Positions 42,901-53,363 of a stretch of DNA of 64,000 bases are shown here, in pieces (the first letter of the stretch is position 1; every line of letters begins with the position of its first letter). A program made the translations under genes and the position numbers. The notes below the pieces were generated by a model, which saw only the letters and a program-made list of their open reading frames with translations, was not told where the DNA came from and did not search any database. Source of the DNA: Epithemia pelagica. Lineage: Eukaryota; Protista; Bacillariophyta. Where the stretch lies: positions 4,402,001 to 4,466,000 of the forward strand of contig OX337229.1 in NCBI GenBank assembly GCA_946965045.2, given 5' to 3'.

Positions 42901-45635
42901 AAGAAAATGACGCACGCCCAGTTCCACGTGCCCTATTTGATGATGAAGATAATCCTTCGAACAGCTACCACCATATCAATGACTCTTCTATTTTGACAGC
43001 CGATGATTCGCCAGGCATTATTCAAACACCGATGCCTCCATCGGACCAACGAAATGGAATCAACGCTGACGAGACGAAGTCATCTGGAGATTTCGTAACG
43101 CCTGCAAAATTACGAAGGATACGAAACCGTGAAAGTAGACGTGATAGGGTGAGCCAACCTGTCAGTATTCCAATGCCTTTGTTGACATCGACGCCAACTG
43201 ATAGACAGAATGGTGGAGGCGTAACCAAGACCGCAACGGGTGATCACCATGTCAGTTCCAATAAACTGACTCGTCCATATAGCAGTAATTATGCAAACTC
43301 GAGTTCAGCGGCAGCGACAGCCACGACCGTCACATTGACGCCCTCTTCGCCAAGCAGTGACAATACACCACCAGAACTTTTGCTTCCAACATTACCGACG
43401 ATAGCGGCGTCCGCAGAGACGAGTCCAAAAAGCCTCAACACCGCAACATCTCCAAGATCAACGACCTTTCTTCGTCCATCGCTTTCTTCCACACATCGAC
43501 GGCACAGACAGCAGCACCTTGACGATAAAAATAACGACAACGAGGACATGCTTGAAATCCCATCTGGACGGTCGTCCCCTGGGTCAGCAATGCTTGTCCT
43601 TTCCGCTGCCACTGGTTGTGAGTTAGACTCGTTACAAGAAATGAACAAGGAGGATCAGGACACAGAACATCAAGGGTTGACTGCGCCTCATGAGTCGAGT
43701 CCCGACAACGACATCGGTCCTGTTGTTGCTTGTGAGTCCAATGACGATGTGGTTGCGGAGACCAATTTGTCCTCAGAAAACTGCGACGATATTGACGAAA
43801 ACGGGAGCCACCGTGAAAATGAAGAACTCCCTAACAAATGTGTATCAACCCCCAAAATGAATGATTGCTCTTGTCTGAGCTTGTCTCCAACTGCTTCCCT
43901 GGAAGATCTAGGTCTTACCAGCGCCGAAAACCCTCTGATTGTCATTGCCCCAGAAGATGAATCTATGAGTAGTTGCAGCAGCAACACTGGGGATCGTCCT
44001 CAAAGTCCTGAGCCTTTTGCAACAGCAATGAAAATGTTGTCCCACTTATCTCCCCGTCGAACAGATAAAGACGCAGCCAACGCCGCTGCGTCGAAAGCGG
44101 AACGACGACGACGACAACACCGAGAACGCCGTCGTCGCCGCGCCTTGTATGTTGGTTTGCAAGAAAATGAAGACTTCATGAAAAACTTTTTGTACTGCGG
44201 TAAGAAACGAGTACCTCCAATGGACTCATTTGGAACTGCTGGGATTGGTCCCGATGGAAAAGAGTGCGTAGGCGAGCCGTGTCATGACGATCGCTTTTGT
44301 GAAACCAACCTCGTGGCTTCCATGGCAAATCAGTGTTATGTTGCCTTTGTGTTGGATCCGGACGACAACGAGTCGTCAACACCATCGAAGAAGAATGAGG
44401 ACAGGGGTGCTACCAACAGTAGTAGTGCGCTGACCCCTTCTGTTGGCATTCCGACAACCTCCGCTACGGTGGCAACTAGAGACTCTCTGTTTGGAACGAC
44501 ACATACACCACATAGAGTCGAACCCGAAACGTGGTTTGATGTCGCGACTGAAAAAGTAGATACCGTTATTGAGAGATTGGTTGGATCAACACCACAAAAT
44601 GACTGGAACCTCTCATTTGAACCTCCGAGTTTACGCAAGATTGAGTGCCCTTCTGCTTCAGCCAAGGCGTTGTCAATGACACAAACAACCACGAGTTCGC
44701 GAAAGACACCACAGGACCCCTATGATCGGCATTATCACCACCACCATGCCATTCATGCACGACAGCGATGGACGGGAGGGCAACTAGATACGACTTTGGA
44801 GGAAGAGACCAATTACAGTGGAAGTCGGTTACTTACTGCATCGTCTTCAATGTCACCAACTAGCACACACAGCAACAACACTCTTCCTGCTGGATCGATG
44901 GCCCCAGCTCAGGGGGCGGTCTCCAAAACGGCTCGTGTAGAGAACAAACACGAAGAAGAAAAGAAAGAACCACCCATTCCGTTGCTCCAACACCAAGAGT
45001 CGACGCGGATGTCACACCACCATAGTGGGTATGGTTCTATTGCAGTTGGTCACCGAGGAGATAAATCCATGGATCCTCCTATTATCTCACTCTTGTCCTC
45101 GGTTCACGATGATGCATTGAACGATGATCAATTTCAGCTCATTTACGGCATGACGAGAGAAGATCATTCACGTCGACAAGAAGCTGTGAAACACACGCGT
45201 CATTTGCGTACGCGTAGTCTAGGTACTTTGACTACCACCCAATCCTTTCATGATCGCTTGTTCCATCACCAAGCAGGATCCATGAAATCAAAGATCCCCA
45301 ACAGGAACGATGGTCAACATCCTCTTGTAATTCCAACCAACCATCATCACAAGGACAATCAGGTTCTGCCGCACCATCATCATCAGCTTCCTTCGGCGCA
45401 TCCTCTTTATCACCAGGAGGATTCTTCACCTCCCCGTCGCAGTTTGTATCAACGTCGATCCCAGTTATTAGAACGTCGCAACTCCCGATTCGTGAATTTG
45501 CGACTGCGACAGTCCGCCTTGGGCCCTCGAACCACCTCGTTATCTCCTCCCCCTCATGGTCATGGTACCCACATGCACTCCGACGAAGAACAAATGGACG
45601 AGATGATGCTTCTCGCCCTGAACAAAAGCTATTAG
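39960..45635 (+). CDS. Large low-complexity hypothetical protein (1891 aa)
   Basis: 5.7-kb uninterrupted ORF, S/T/H/D-rich, a few short helical-looking islands; no family recognised. Confidence 0.8.
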   Translation: MTMTMRLGSNSQEQGQVITSLPGAPPNDESPHIHHPLVTRPGDPPFKRNRTTSDKPQLEDQSSSTNSSSSSSYRPRYPYPIQDATVTTDFVDAVITVNNDPNDLPRHARTQSHQVLPVHFSTTNNTSNHGARHVRNHSHHSVPLHPSTWAPSLVVSQPESSVPLPPPRIDPLTRPTGLAHSTSSASSSASSSPSSTCSSRKSQASAAVDAMLDARLQRMLDAPDPVPPSSLVVIGPLDENDHNDEAPPSGASVDHPVDLTWYRGPPEEEEEDVPGVVNDEMDTQHEFPLPLNQYHWQQDEMDDGVKIAANEVQKTRHFQNYEHHHHDDGAPGPMDPPGSSPLGQAPPPPNMDDNDDEEELHYARLETVPGRANPSLVGSSDRPSKRVDSRTLHSRPASIHKRPRSSSLSSTQHHRALTSPPTPPPTHSLHHPYSRPGLLRTPQRSVEMWKAHESPVESPRTQRSSSFFNPWAQPSSMAKTGLSSGVHMFTANRHDGPKSIYQQTWEHRQRRRQSLGGMNDFGGSGQGGVFTMGLFANQNHHITSTNDLHDDSDDEEDASSVDSETMLELWASKIRAELRHEALIEMALEAERAAESGQESFSLSRPWAYRENESENEEEKETDSKFEIPHHIRRRRPPHAVRAESSMAAISQSQELPPHSVLRRNASYTEGITPHPVPRLSVLSTSAQYSFVTGRTGSLTMTLGRKRQLRPPKIPIQELRNVDEVFPDLDNLHKNLQTHLARNTCREDCLFFDEQTEEVLTPVDDKGGPSAVKSSGEQDELSPLAAITTHRTKKTRNGEKDREATAAYKKPHERSFSINTANSSSSFLESFSFDLLGSAAAAGVSIIQCPSNMTKSEDEGDIFDSNDVGSGDGDNSTGGIGDLLANHIASSKLKPPPKREMLPGLEEAVEQLQQLVVAVGKLQPSAAAASAGDTAAKASSSSLLTNSPQRSSHANKLERQDSHEHFVIKTPTQQTRGQPTKENDARPVPRALFDDEDNPSNSYHHINDSSILTADDSPGIIQTPMPPSDQRNGINADETKSSGDFVTPAKLRRIRNRESRRDRVSQPVSIPMPLLTSTPTDRQNGGGVTKTATGDHHVSSNKLTRPYSSNYANSSSAAATATTVTLTPSSPSSDNTPPELLLPTLPTIAASAETSPKSLNTATSPRSTTFLRPSLSSTHRRHRQQHLDDKNNDNEDMLEIPSGRSSPGSAMLVLSAATGCELDSLQEMNKEDQDTEHQGLTAPHESSPDNDIGPVVACESNDDVVAETNLSSENCDDIDENGSHRENEELPNKCVSTPKMNDCSCLSLSPTASLEDLGLTSAENPLIVIAPEDESMSSCSSNTGDRPQSPEPFATAMKMLSHLSPRRTDKDAANAAASKAERRRRQHRERRRRRALYVGLQENEDFMKNFLYCGKKRVPPMDSFGTAGIGPDGKECVGEPCHDDRFCETNLVASMANQCYVAFVLDPDDNESSTPSKKNEDRGATNSSSALTPSVGIPTTSATVATRDSLFGTTHTPHRVEPETWFDVATEKVDTVIERLVGSTPQNDWNLSFEPPSLRKIECPSASAKALSMTQTTTSSRKTPQDPYDRHYHHHHAIHARQRWTGGQLDTTLEEETNYSGSRLLTASSSMSPTSTHSNNTLPAGSMAPAQGAVSKTARVENKHEEEKKEPPIPLLQHQESTRMSHHHSGYGSIAVGHRGDKSMDPPIISLLSSVHDDALNDDQFQLIYGMTREDHSRRQEAVKHTRHLRTRSLGTLTTTQSFHDRLFHHQAGSMKSKIPNRNDGQHPLVIPTNHHHKDNQVLPHHHHQLPSAHPLYHQEDSSPPRRSLYQRRSQLLERRNSRFVNLRLRQSALGPRTTSLSPPPHGHGTHMHSDEEQMDEMMLLALNKSY

Positions 45636-45973
45636 CCACAGTACACAAAGCAGCCTTGTTTGTGTGAGGTTGACGCCACAATTTAATGTTTAGAATACGT
45701 TTTTCACAAGACCAGTACATTTCATGTGTTTTCGGGCAAAGACTGGGTATATCATCCTTCTATTTCTCTCTCTTTTGTGCGCAAGAGAACGGACAATACG
45801 ACCGGTGCATCTCCCGTTCTTGTAAATTGGAATTAGAGGTTGCCTCTGGACTCTGGAATCTGGAACACCCTTGAGAGGTAGCTTGAAGCAACGAATTGCT
45901 CCTCTAGACTCCTTGCTAGGAGCACAAATAATAAGAAACCCACATAGCTCCTAGGAGTACCTATTAGGAGTAC

Positions 45974-46085
45974 TACTCGTATTACCCTCGACATACTCGT
46001 ACGGTAGTCTTTTGGGGGGCTTACAGCAGAGTTAGGAGGTACGAGTACCTTCTACTCGTACGTAGGGTTAGGGTTAGTACTCGTA
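45974..46085. repeat. Cluster of five TACTCGTA/TACGAGTA octamers plus TAGGGTTAGGGTTAG
   Basis: Octamers at 45974, 45994, 46040 (reverse), 46053 and 46078; telomere-like run at 46063-46077. Confidence 0.7.
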
Positions 46086-46757
46086 GGAAGACACTGACTG
46101 TGACTGTGAAAGGAGCTGTTATCTTCTTGGGCCCAATGTTGCCCCCCCAACCTCAACGTATTCCCACTATAGACAGATAAGTACTACAGATCGGACAGAG
46201 TAGTCGTCCCGTCGCAGTCCGCAGAGCGCAGAGCGTGTGTGGCGATTACATATTTTCTTGAGAGAATTTTTTCCCTCCGATCTCCGGATCTCCGATTTCT
46301 TGTTGTTTGCGTTTGTTTCACAACGTCGTTTTCCCCCATCAAAGAAAAGGATTGATTGTTTGTACTCCTCTATACTCGTACCAACACATCTCTATTCCTT
46401 CCTCCGTATAGTTTGCTTCTGATCTGTTGCTGGTCTACGGATCGATTTTGGAAGGAATCTCTGGTCGAGTGAGGGTAAGAGTTGTGAACTTGTGAAAATT
46501 TGATTGTCCCTTCCGTCCCAATTGGCATCTGTCGTTCTCGGTGCTGGTGAAACACATGAACGCGTTCGTAGACAGCCGTTTCCTTCTGTATTGATACAAC
46601 CCACTCCTACGGACAAAGATACCGAAAGACGATAGAAACCGACCTCCTTCGCTCGAGAAGAGTTATAGTCATCTTTTTCTCTATCAACCCCCATTCCTCT
46701 GGGAATCGGCTTCTTCTTCGTCTTTTTTGTTCCACAAACCAAACGACCACAACCACC

Positions 46758-49210
46758 ATGTCATCATCATCTCCTTCTAAAGGACTCAACACGACAACAA
46801 CTATTTCTACTACCACCGCATCATTGAACCATTCTCATGCTACTGCTACGGCGACCGCGGCAGCGTCGTCTCCTGCTTTGTCTGCTGGAACAACAGCCAC
46901 AGCTTCCTCCCTGTCGTCGGTAGCTACCACTGCTTCCACCAACACAGCACCCCTTTCCAATCATAACTCAAATCACCACCCGCGTCTATCTCCGCACAAA
47001 AAGACACTGACCGGGCCATCATCATCTTCGTCGTCCTCATCGTGGTGGTCTGCCTTGTGGGCCTTTAAAGACGAACTCTTGGCCTCCGTCGACGTCTTGT
47101 TTCAATCCAAATTCACCTGGCTCTTGGTATTGGGACCCTTGGCCATTGTTGGTGACATGACACAGTCTATGGGAGAAGCGGCCTGTTTTTGTTTCTCAGG
47201 CATTGCCCTCATTCCCTGTGCCGAACGGTAAGAAAAGACAAGCATGTTAATTCTTGTGTGCGAATTTGGTTGTTGGCTTTTGTTATTGAGCATATGAGTG
47301 GTAGAGATCGGGCTCAAGGGCGTGTCTGCAAACCAGTAATTTGATCATATCAATAGACTCCTGGGCTCAGAGGAGACGCCACATATCCTGTTTTTTCAGG
47401 TCTTCTTACTGCTCCTGTCCTCTATCACGGCTTTGGGTTTGGTTGTTTGATTTATCTATACAGATTGTCGTTTATTACAGAACAAGTGGCGGAGCATACC
47501 AATGGGACAATTGGAGCCTTGTTGAATGCCACATTTGGCAATGCACCTGAATTACTCATTTCTGTCGCGGCCTTGCGAGCCGGATACTATCGAGTGGTCC
47601 AGTTGGCCATGCTGGGCAGCATGTTGACCAATATGATTCTTGTGTTTGGTATCTCTTGCGTCATTGGTGGATTGCGATGGCAAGTTCAAGAATTGCGCAT
47701 TACATCTGGCAATGTCCCCGTCGTCATGTTGCTTGTGGCCACGGCTGGCAGTCTCTTTCCTGCCGCACTCAAATTATCAGGACAGTACAATCTACATCAT
47801 CAAGGCCAATATCCAGATGACACAAGTTCTAGCACTGGAGGGAAGCATATCTCCTCTGGGGCCTCGTCGTCTCAAAGTGCTGTTCAAGGGACTTCTTCGG
47901 ACGACGATGATGACTTTGTCACACCGGCCGAATTGGCTTTTTGTCGTGTCAATGCCGTCGTTATGTTGCTCTTGTATTTGTGCTTCTTGTTGTTTCAACT
48001 GGGTACACATAAGGAAGAATACGATGAAGATGACATTGGATATCGGGCCAAACGCGCACGGCGCAACTTACTCTTTAGTGCTTTGTGGGAGCGTATCAAA
48101 CGCCGCATTGTGCCAATACAGTACCACACCGCATTATGGGGACAATCCAATATAGCTCCCAGTACCACTAGTCCACATGAGGACGGCATCGACCACGAAG
48201 ATGTACCATTGATTCTCAGGACCAATAATTCTATGGGCTTGGACGCGACGAGTGCTCACTCATTGCAGGACAAGGGCGGAATCGGTGCGACTGATTTGGA
48301 TTATAGTGAACGATCCTTCCAGAGCGACACGGTTGATTTGGACATGGCAGCAACGTCTGCCGTGCAAACCAAACGACGGAGAAGAGGAAAGGGTGGAAGC
48401 AGCAATCTCTCGAATCATCACCATTCCAGTAGTAGCCATCGTGCTCCCCGGCATGGCATTACGTCTCGCAACTACGAGAAATCCAAAAACTCGGATTCAA
48501 CCTTGATCGCTACCGATCTCGAACATGGTCGAGGCGACATTTTGTTTGACGATCAAGAGGCTGGTGACGAGACGAACCACAACAGCGAACATGTGGATGA
48601 TGATGATGACGATCAATCGCACAGCCACTTGCATCCTGTTCATGCCAAATCGGCACCCGTCATTAGCATGCGCGTCGGTATTGTCTGGCTATTTATCATT
48701 ACTGTTTGCATCAGTGCTATGAGTGATATATTGGTGGACACTATTGATGGCTTTGCGAGACGGTTGCGATTGAGCGAAGTCTTTACCTCCATGGTAATAA
48801 TCCCATTCTTTTCAAATGTTGCCGAACAAGTGAGTGCCTTTTTGTTCGCCTATCGAAATGAAATGGATTTGTGTGTCGGTGTCACTGTCGGAAGTGCCAT
48901 TCAGATTGCCACCTTTGTCCTTCCCGGCAGTGTCGTGATTGGATACTTTATGGATAGATCCATGACCCTGTATTTTCATGGGTACGAGACAGTCTGTCTG
49001 TTCTTTGCCGTGGTCGTGGTGGGCGCCATCCTACAGGGTGGCACTACCAATTGGATGACTGGTGTCATGCTAGTGGGTATTTACGTCATGTTGGCCAGTG
49101 GTATTTGGTTCCATGAATTGGAGAATTTGACAATGAATGGAGAAGACACGCAGGAAACCTCACATGTGGCTAGTCATAATGCGACACGAACTCTATATCA
49201 TGGCATGTGA
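46758..49210 (+). CDS. CAX: Ca2+/H+ (cation/proton) exchanger, CAX family (738 aa), exons 46758-47227 and 47464-49210
   Basis: ALIPCAERLSFITEQVA is restored across a GTAAGA...ACAG intron. Alpha-1 GALLNATFGNAPE; alpha-2 region FSNVAEQ...GSAIQIA; long central hydrophilic loop. Confidence 0.92.
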
Positions 49211-49507
49211 GGACACCCTTGAGCATACTATCCATATTTGAGGAGGGAAAGAAATGCATCACACCTAATGATCATTGAGGACGGGAACAACTGCCATGAA
49301 AACGTGATCAACCCCTTTCTTTCCTCCAACATAAATACGATCGGGGGAAGTTGGGAATGGTTATCGTTTCCATCGAGATGTGAATGGTGATAAACTAAAC
49401 CAACGAAGCACGCCAGGTCTTCCTAGACACTTCACGGAAGGCGTACTGATTGGATTGAGGCTCTCTTCCTGATAACGCGTACTGATAGGTTATTCTGTTC
49501 GAATCGG

Positions 49508-49972
49508 ATGAAGGGTAATTTAATGGAGTTGCGTCGTGATTTTCAGATTCTGTTTCCGGAAGTACTGGCACAGATTCCCTCTCACTTGAACGTCTCCATA
49601 TTTTGGCGTGATTATGTCCCTGTACATTTTCAAACCGCTCCCGATGGCGAATATTCGCCCTCGCATGTTGTCAAACAGGCGAACGAAGCAGCATGTGTGC
49701 CTCATTTGATGGCACCCCATACTCCAAGTATCGTCAAGCATGTGGTGAATAAGATTTTAGAGGATTGTGGACAACCCTGTCGTCGAATTCGTCGCTTAAA
49801 TGTATGGGATTTGTTGCGCAATGCACGGAATCAACACGCCGAAGGCTCTTATTGCTTTTCGTCCACTATTTGTGACTGCCGACACTACGCCATTCCCGGT
49901 CCAATGGATTATGCCAATGTCATGCTCTACAATCAACTTTGTATTGCAAGGAGGGATAATGAGAAGCACTAA
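49508..49972 (+). pseudogene. 5'-truncated paralog of the TBL/PC-esterase gene (C-terminal ~150 aa only)
   Basis: Aligns with the C-terminus of 53364-54671 (FWRDY, DCRHY.IPGPMDYAN) but lacks the GDS half and the transmembrane anchor. Confidence 0.7.
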
Positions 49973-50326
49973 GAGAACATATAGAATCAATCGGGTATAG
50001 TCTCGTCTGTCCTTGATTAGAATCAATATGTGTCATCGTGCTACTTTAAGGACCTAATCATTCAAAGCTGGCAACTGGACGACATAGCCTTCTCGTATCT
50101 ACACGTAGTATTCCTACCAAGTCATCGATTTGCACGATTCTTCATATTACGCCGTGAATGACAATGTCTTCAAAGAGATAGAGCAGCTGCTTGGAAGGAG
50201 GACTAACTAAATCATGCTACTGTCAATTTAGAGAGTTCAAATCTTTAGCATAGAAACTGCATTCGATGCTCTATACTCAATGAAGATAGATGAGCTTTTT
50301 TGTCTTTACGGGAAAAAGCAAAGCTT

Positions 50327-52433
50327 TTACAAGACGTTCTTATCACGTCGCTTCGATGCAGTCATAGGACTGTAAGCATTGTCGACAAAAGCATTTGTGG
50401 TATCAAAAGTCAGAAGGACTTCATCCAAGCTCATGGTCCTGATGTGTGACTTATGGTCCGCCTCCCCATAGCTCAGAACAATCTCCTGACCAGGTCTGTC
50501 GGGATGATACTGCATGTACATGACAAACTCTACATGAACAGTTTCATCCGTGTCAAACCACGGAGAGGCACAAAGCGAACGTTCTAGAGGGACTCGCGAG
50601 GACGCAATCTCCGTAACGCGAAAGGGTGGCTCCGCCTGTGTCTTGTAAAAGTAGTGTTCATAGAATCGTTCCTTTTGAGGTATTCCCATGATGTCGCGAG
50701 AAAGCCTGGTCTTGATGATGTGCAGAATCCCCAAATACGCGTCTATTCTTTCAACGTAGTAGGACGGCGCACCATTGAGATGAGTCTCTACCTTGTCGAA
50801 CCCAGATCGCTGAATTCTGCTATTGAATTGATCCCATAGCTTGGTGGAAGAGGTTTCGTACTGACGGATACACAAAACACAGTCTACTTCATCCAAATCG
50901 TCCATGCCCACGTCATTTTCACAAACGATGTGAGGCTCGATAGTGTAACTCCACAGCAAGCGGTCTTGGTAGACAAAGGGAGACCAGTTCTTGTCTTTGA
51001 TCGTGAACCAGTCGTCTCCCGTGAGCGCGGCCAAGCGACGATGAGAAGAATGGTCCTCTTCCATTAGATCCGGATTCGACTCCTCTGGTTCTTCGGTGAA
51101 CGAAATCACTTGAGCTTGTTGATTCTGTTCTTTCTCTCGTTGAACAGGAATGTCTCTTGTTTCCTTTTCCTCAAAGGGCAATGCTACCAGATGTGGAGGA
51201 CGTTTGTGGCATTTGACTTGAGCCACATCAGCTACCATGGGTGTCCAAACACGTCCTCTCTGACGTTTCTTCAGCTCATCTTGGTACTTTTCGGGATCGT
51301 GAAAGTACCAGCGAGTCATGTTGTGGTGCCGAAAAACGGGGGATGTGCCGTTGTTCACATTGGGGGTTTCGGATCCGTCTTTGTCGGTGCGGCTCATCTT
51401 CCATTCGCTTGGATCCAGAGCACCAATATGCATTAATTGAAGACCCAAACCCGATTCATCGTATAATTCGTTCCAATCGGCATTTCTCAGCACTTCAGCT
51501 GTTTGTCCCGTGATGATGATCTTGTTTTTGCTTTGCGTGCCGTTGTAGCGATGACTGTAGGGGTATTGCAACCGGACATCAAACCTGAAGTCATTTGAAC
51601 AACAAAACGTGAGTCAGCGCACATAGACGTTCGCTGATACCATTGCCTAGATGCACTTACCATGCCACACCATCGCTGAACTTCTCAACCCCGAACTCTT
51701 GTGGATTGGCATTTATTGCTTCTCTAGGTGCCTCCTCTGTAGACTTCGACGGCAAACTGCCCAGCAGCTCCGCAGCTAAATCCCCCTGAGCCTTTGGTGA
51801 AAGGACTTGTAACTCACCATTTTGTGGGTGATATTGACCGAGGAGGGTTTGATCGGCGAATTTGTCTCCGTGAATCTTGAGACAGTTGTACAACGCCTTC
51901 TTCTCGTTCGTGTTGCTGTCGCCGTCTTCCGAAAGGGCAAATGGTGCACACTCTCCACCGTACACCCACGACATACGCGCGGCGAACAACCGGGTGCCAT
52001 CCTCCAGTTCCAGGACTGATGGGTTGTAGATATATCCAAAGTCAACAGGTACGTGATGTTTCAATGGACGTTCCCCCATGCGCCAGGGATCCCGCCATGT
52101 CAGTAAGGCTGGGACGTCAGAGACCTTGAGGAGTTGGTCATGTGATCCATATGAAGACGTGGAGCTCTGCTTGGCATTTCTGATCATGGTTGTGGAGCGG
52201 TGGCGCAGATAGATGGTACTAGTGGTTAGACTTTCTGAGCCACTGTGGTAGTCCTCCTCCCGGCCCAACCAGTCGGGGACTGGAGGTTCATGATAGAAAA
52301 AGACCAACAGGGGTGAGAGACCCAAAGTGATATAGTTCAGGGCTGTTAAGGCTGCGTTGAACCAGCATACCAAGGACCAAAACAATTTCGCCCTTTTACG
52401 TTGAGGACTTGTGCAAATCATTGTCATTATCAT
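50327..52433 (-). CDS. Type II membrane protein with putative beta-propeller glyco-enzyme domain (676 aa), exons 52433-51661 and 51584-50327
   Basis: N-terminal TM segment; YIYNPSVL, WFDVRL (spliced via a 76-bp GT-AG intron) and KDKNWSPFVY...WSYTIEPH motifs recall GH130-like/GT91-like five-bladed propellers. Spliced length 2031 nt. Confidence 0.7.
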
Positions 52434-53363
52434 CGTTCTCTGTCGATTGATCAGGCGAGGTATTCAGCTTCAGGTAGACCGAAAATTGTGTGCTTGTGAT
52501 CTTGTTGGACAAGGAGCACAGGTTCACTCGAATATCAAACCAGTAGACAAATGCTTTGATAATGGAAGATGCCTCGAGGCCCAGTCTTGTTGTCTGGATT
52601 TTGATGCATCGCCCTACTTTGTTGGATTCCGAATATACCGATCTTGCGAAATTGGCGGATCGACCTTGTCTCCTTTTCAGAAGGAAACACTCGCCAACAC
52701 AACGGCGCACTGAGTTGCTTGAATGGGAAGTCTCTTGCAGTTTGTGAGGAGTCCGCGTAACCGAGTGGTTCACGCAACGCCCAACAGGTATACGGAAGGG
52801 GCAATTTCAATTGACATGTCAGGTGACCCAATGTCTGACGCCAGAGAAAGCACGATCGATTCACACTGAACAATCCTCATCGATGAAAGTCATTTCGATA
52901 GCGAATCTGAGTAAGCGAGAATCACTTGCGACGGATCGAGAGTAGAGAATTCTGTACTGGTATGACTCTCGAACTCTCCCTGTCAACTTCGATTCCTTTC
53001 CATCGAAAAAAGGTACACTAAATAACAGGTACTGCATCGCACACCGCACACCGCACTATCAGTGCTACCATCATGATGGTGCCATACGGACTCACAAAAA
53101 AAAATGCAAGATTGATTGGTAATGTCGAACGAATCTTGCATGTTTAGACCATCAAAGGTCCTCACGGAATGTTCTGTCCAATCTTCCATTCGGATCTAGC
53201 CAATTTCCCAACCCTGCACGGTGACGCCAGAAGAAAATCCTCGCTGTTCATGACGCGTGGCCGATCAATAGTATGGTCCAATCGCCAACCATCCTCTATG
53301 CTCTCATAATTTGGATCTACTCCAACCATTGCGATTCAGTTCCCAGCAAAAACTAGAGGAACC

